A model generated the notes under the pieces. That model ran no database searches, was not told where the DNA came from, and worked only from the letters and a program-made list of their open reading frames with translations. A program made the translations under genes and the position numbers. This document shows positions 27,488 through 28,387 of a stretch of 28,387 nucleotides of DNA, piece after piece; the first letter of the stretch is position 1, and the number at the start of each line of letters is the position of its first letter. This DNA is from an uncultured archaeon (GTDB lineage Archaea > Asgardarchaeota > Lokiarchaeia > Sigyniarchaeales > SOKP01): contig CAZDTP010000047.1 of NCBI GenBank assembly GCA_964508365.1, positions 1-28,387 of the forward strand, read 5' to 3'.

Positions 27488-28387
27488 CTAATCACATTCT
27501 TGCGATTCATCTTCATCTTTACTTGCAAAGTCAATTAATTTTAAAATTTCTGAACCAAAAATTTTAGACAAGACCCTATTCATTTCTTTTCCGCCAGGAT
27601 AATTTCGACAAGCTCGACGATATTTCCTAAAATCCTCACCGAAATTCACTTCTACTTCCTTTATATAATTAATAATTTTGTCCTCTAAAGATTTTGTTGG
27701 AGTTTCATTGAGTAAAAAGACTATTTTAAATTCCCCATTATTAAAGAATCCTCCAGCAAGATGTCCATCTATAAATTTTATTGATAAAATTTCCCCTACT
27801 TTTAATGCTTCGTTTGCGATATTATCTAAAGCTGTAAGAAACCCCGAAAATAGTGTAGTGTCTACAGCATCAGTTACAAAATTAAGGACGTACATATCCA
27901 TGCCACTTTCACGATGCTGGACCATTATTTTCTGAATTTTTTCTATATCTGGATCAATTATAAATGGTTTTGTAAGAAAATTCTTAATATCTTCAGGAGA
28001 ATTCTTAATTATTTTAAATAATTTTTTGGTTGTAAAACCTTGTTCCTTTCCCAAAGGTTCTTCCCACTCAGGGTCATTAATTAACTCTGTAGCTGCCCGT
28101 CCACTATTTTTCATTATACCTACTTGAGCACCAAAAACAATAGCTGCGTGGAATTCAAAGGCAGCGAGTTGTCCGCCATTAATCCCAATAAGCTTTATTC
28201 TGCTTGGGTCTATACCCGATTTCATAATATCATACCAATATTGAATCGGTTCAATATAGCTGAAGTCCTTTCCTTTTGTTATGTGTATAGTAGAAAATCT
28301 TTTATCAATATCAACATGGGCGGGCATATGCCTTGGACAATAACCTATTGTCCTAATATTTAGAGGATATTCTTCTTGAATATCGCC
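27488..28387 (-). CDS. 5'-truncated protein: SLOG-like (TRPM/LSDAT-type) domain plus C-terminal longin-like domain
   Basis: The frame is open to the window edge (GDIQEEYPLNIRTIGYCPRHMPAH...). INGGQLAAFEFHAA..FGAQVGIMKNSGRAATEL resembles the SLOG INGG...GSGRAAD motif. DTTLFSGFLTALDNIANEAL.GEILSI is typical of Asgard longin-like domains. Confidence 0.65.
   Translation of the reverse strand, partial: GDIQEEYPLNIRTIGYCPRHMPAHVDIDKRFSTIHITKGKDFSYIEPIQYWYDIMKSGIDPSRIKLIGINGGQLAAFEFHAAIVFGAQVGIMKNSGRAATELINDPEWEEPLGKEQGFTTKKLFKIIKNSPEDIKNFLTKPFIIDPDIEKIQKIMVQHRESGMDMYVLNFVTDAVDTTLFSGFLTALDNIANEALKVGEILSIKFIDGHLAGGFFNNGEFKIVFLLNETPTKSLEDKIINYIKEVEVNFGEDFRKYRRACRNYPGGKEMNRVLSKIFGSEILKLIDFASKDEDESQECD

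Overview
AT-rich, gene-dense archaeal window, most likely from an Asgard (Lokiarchaeia-type) genome. This is inferred from archaeal GGTGA/GGAG ribosome-binding sites, a C-terminal longin-like domain, and NosD/Ig/TM/TIR mosaic surface proteins. The window has four main parts. (1) A compact plus-strand histidine operon (hisIE-hisG-hisD-hisC-hisB-hisH-hisAF) is preceded by an unannotated His-rich leader ORF (...SHLHHHLHHK*, 7376/7409-7522) and mutually exclusive RNA helices. Together these look like a bacterial-style ribosome-dependent attenuator in an archaeon, which is the top finding. (2) Four lysine-fermentation genes (kal, kce, kdd, kamA) lie on the minus strand in the clostridial/fusobacterial operon order. 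They are separated by a DUF433/PIN toxin-antitoxin pair, the his operon block and an RdhA/QueG-like Fe-S gene. (3) A 1681-aa receptor-like protein (family-5 solute-binding domain, beta-helices, four Ig-like repeats, TM, cytoplasmic TIR) lies near a partial SLOG(TRPM-like)-longin protein. (4) Smaller oddities include a probable ATT start for hisAF, a four-CxxC zinc-finger gene with an in-frame TAA, a UbiA-family protein with degenerate motifs, and a Cys-rich microprotein. All family assignments come from motif recognition by eye; no database searches were run. I saw no rRNA, tRNA, CRISPR array or transposase.
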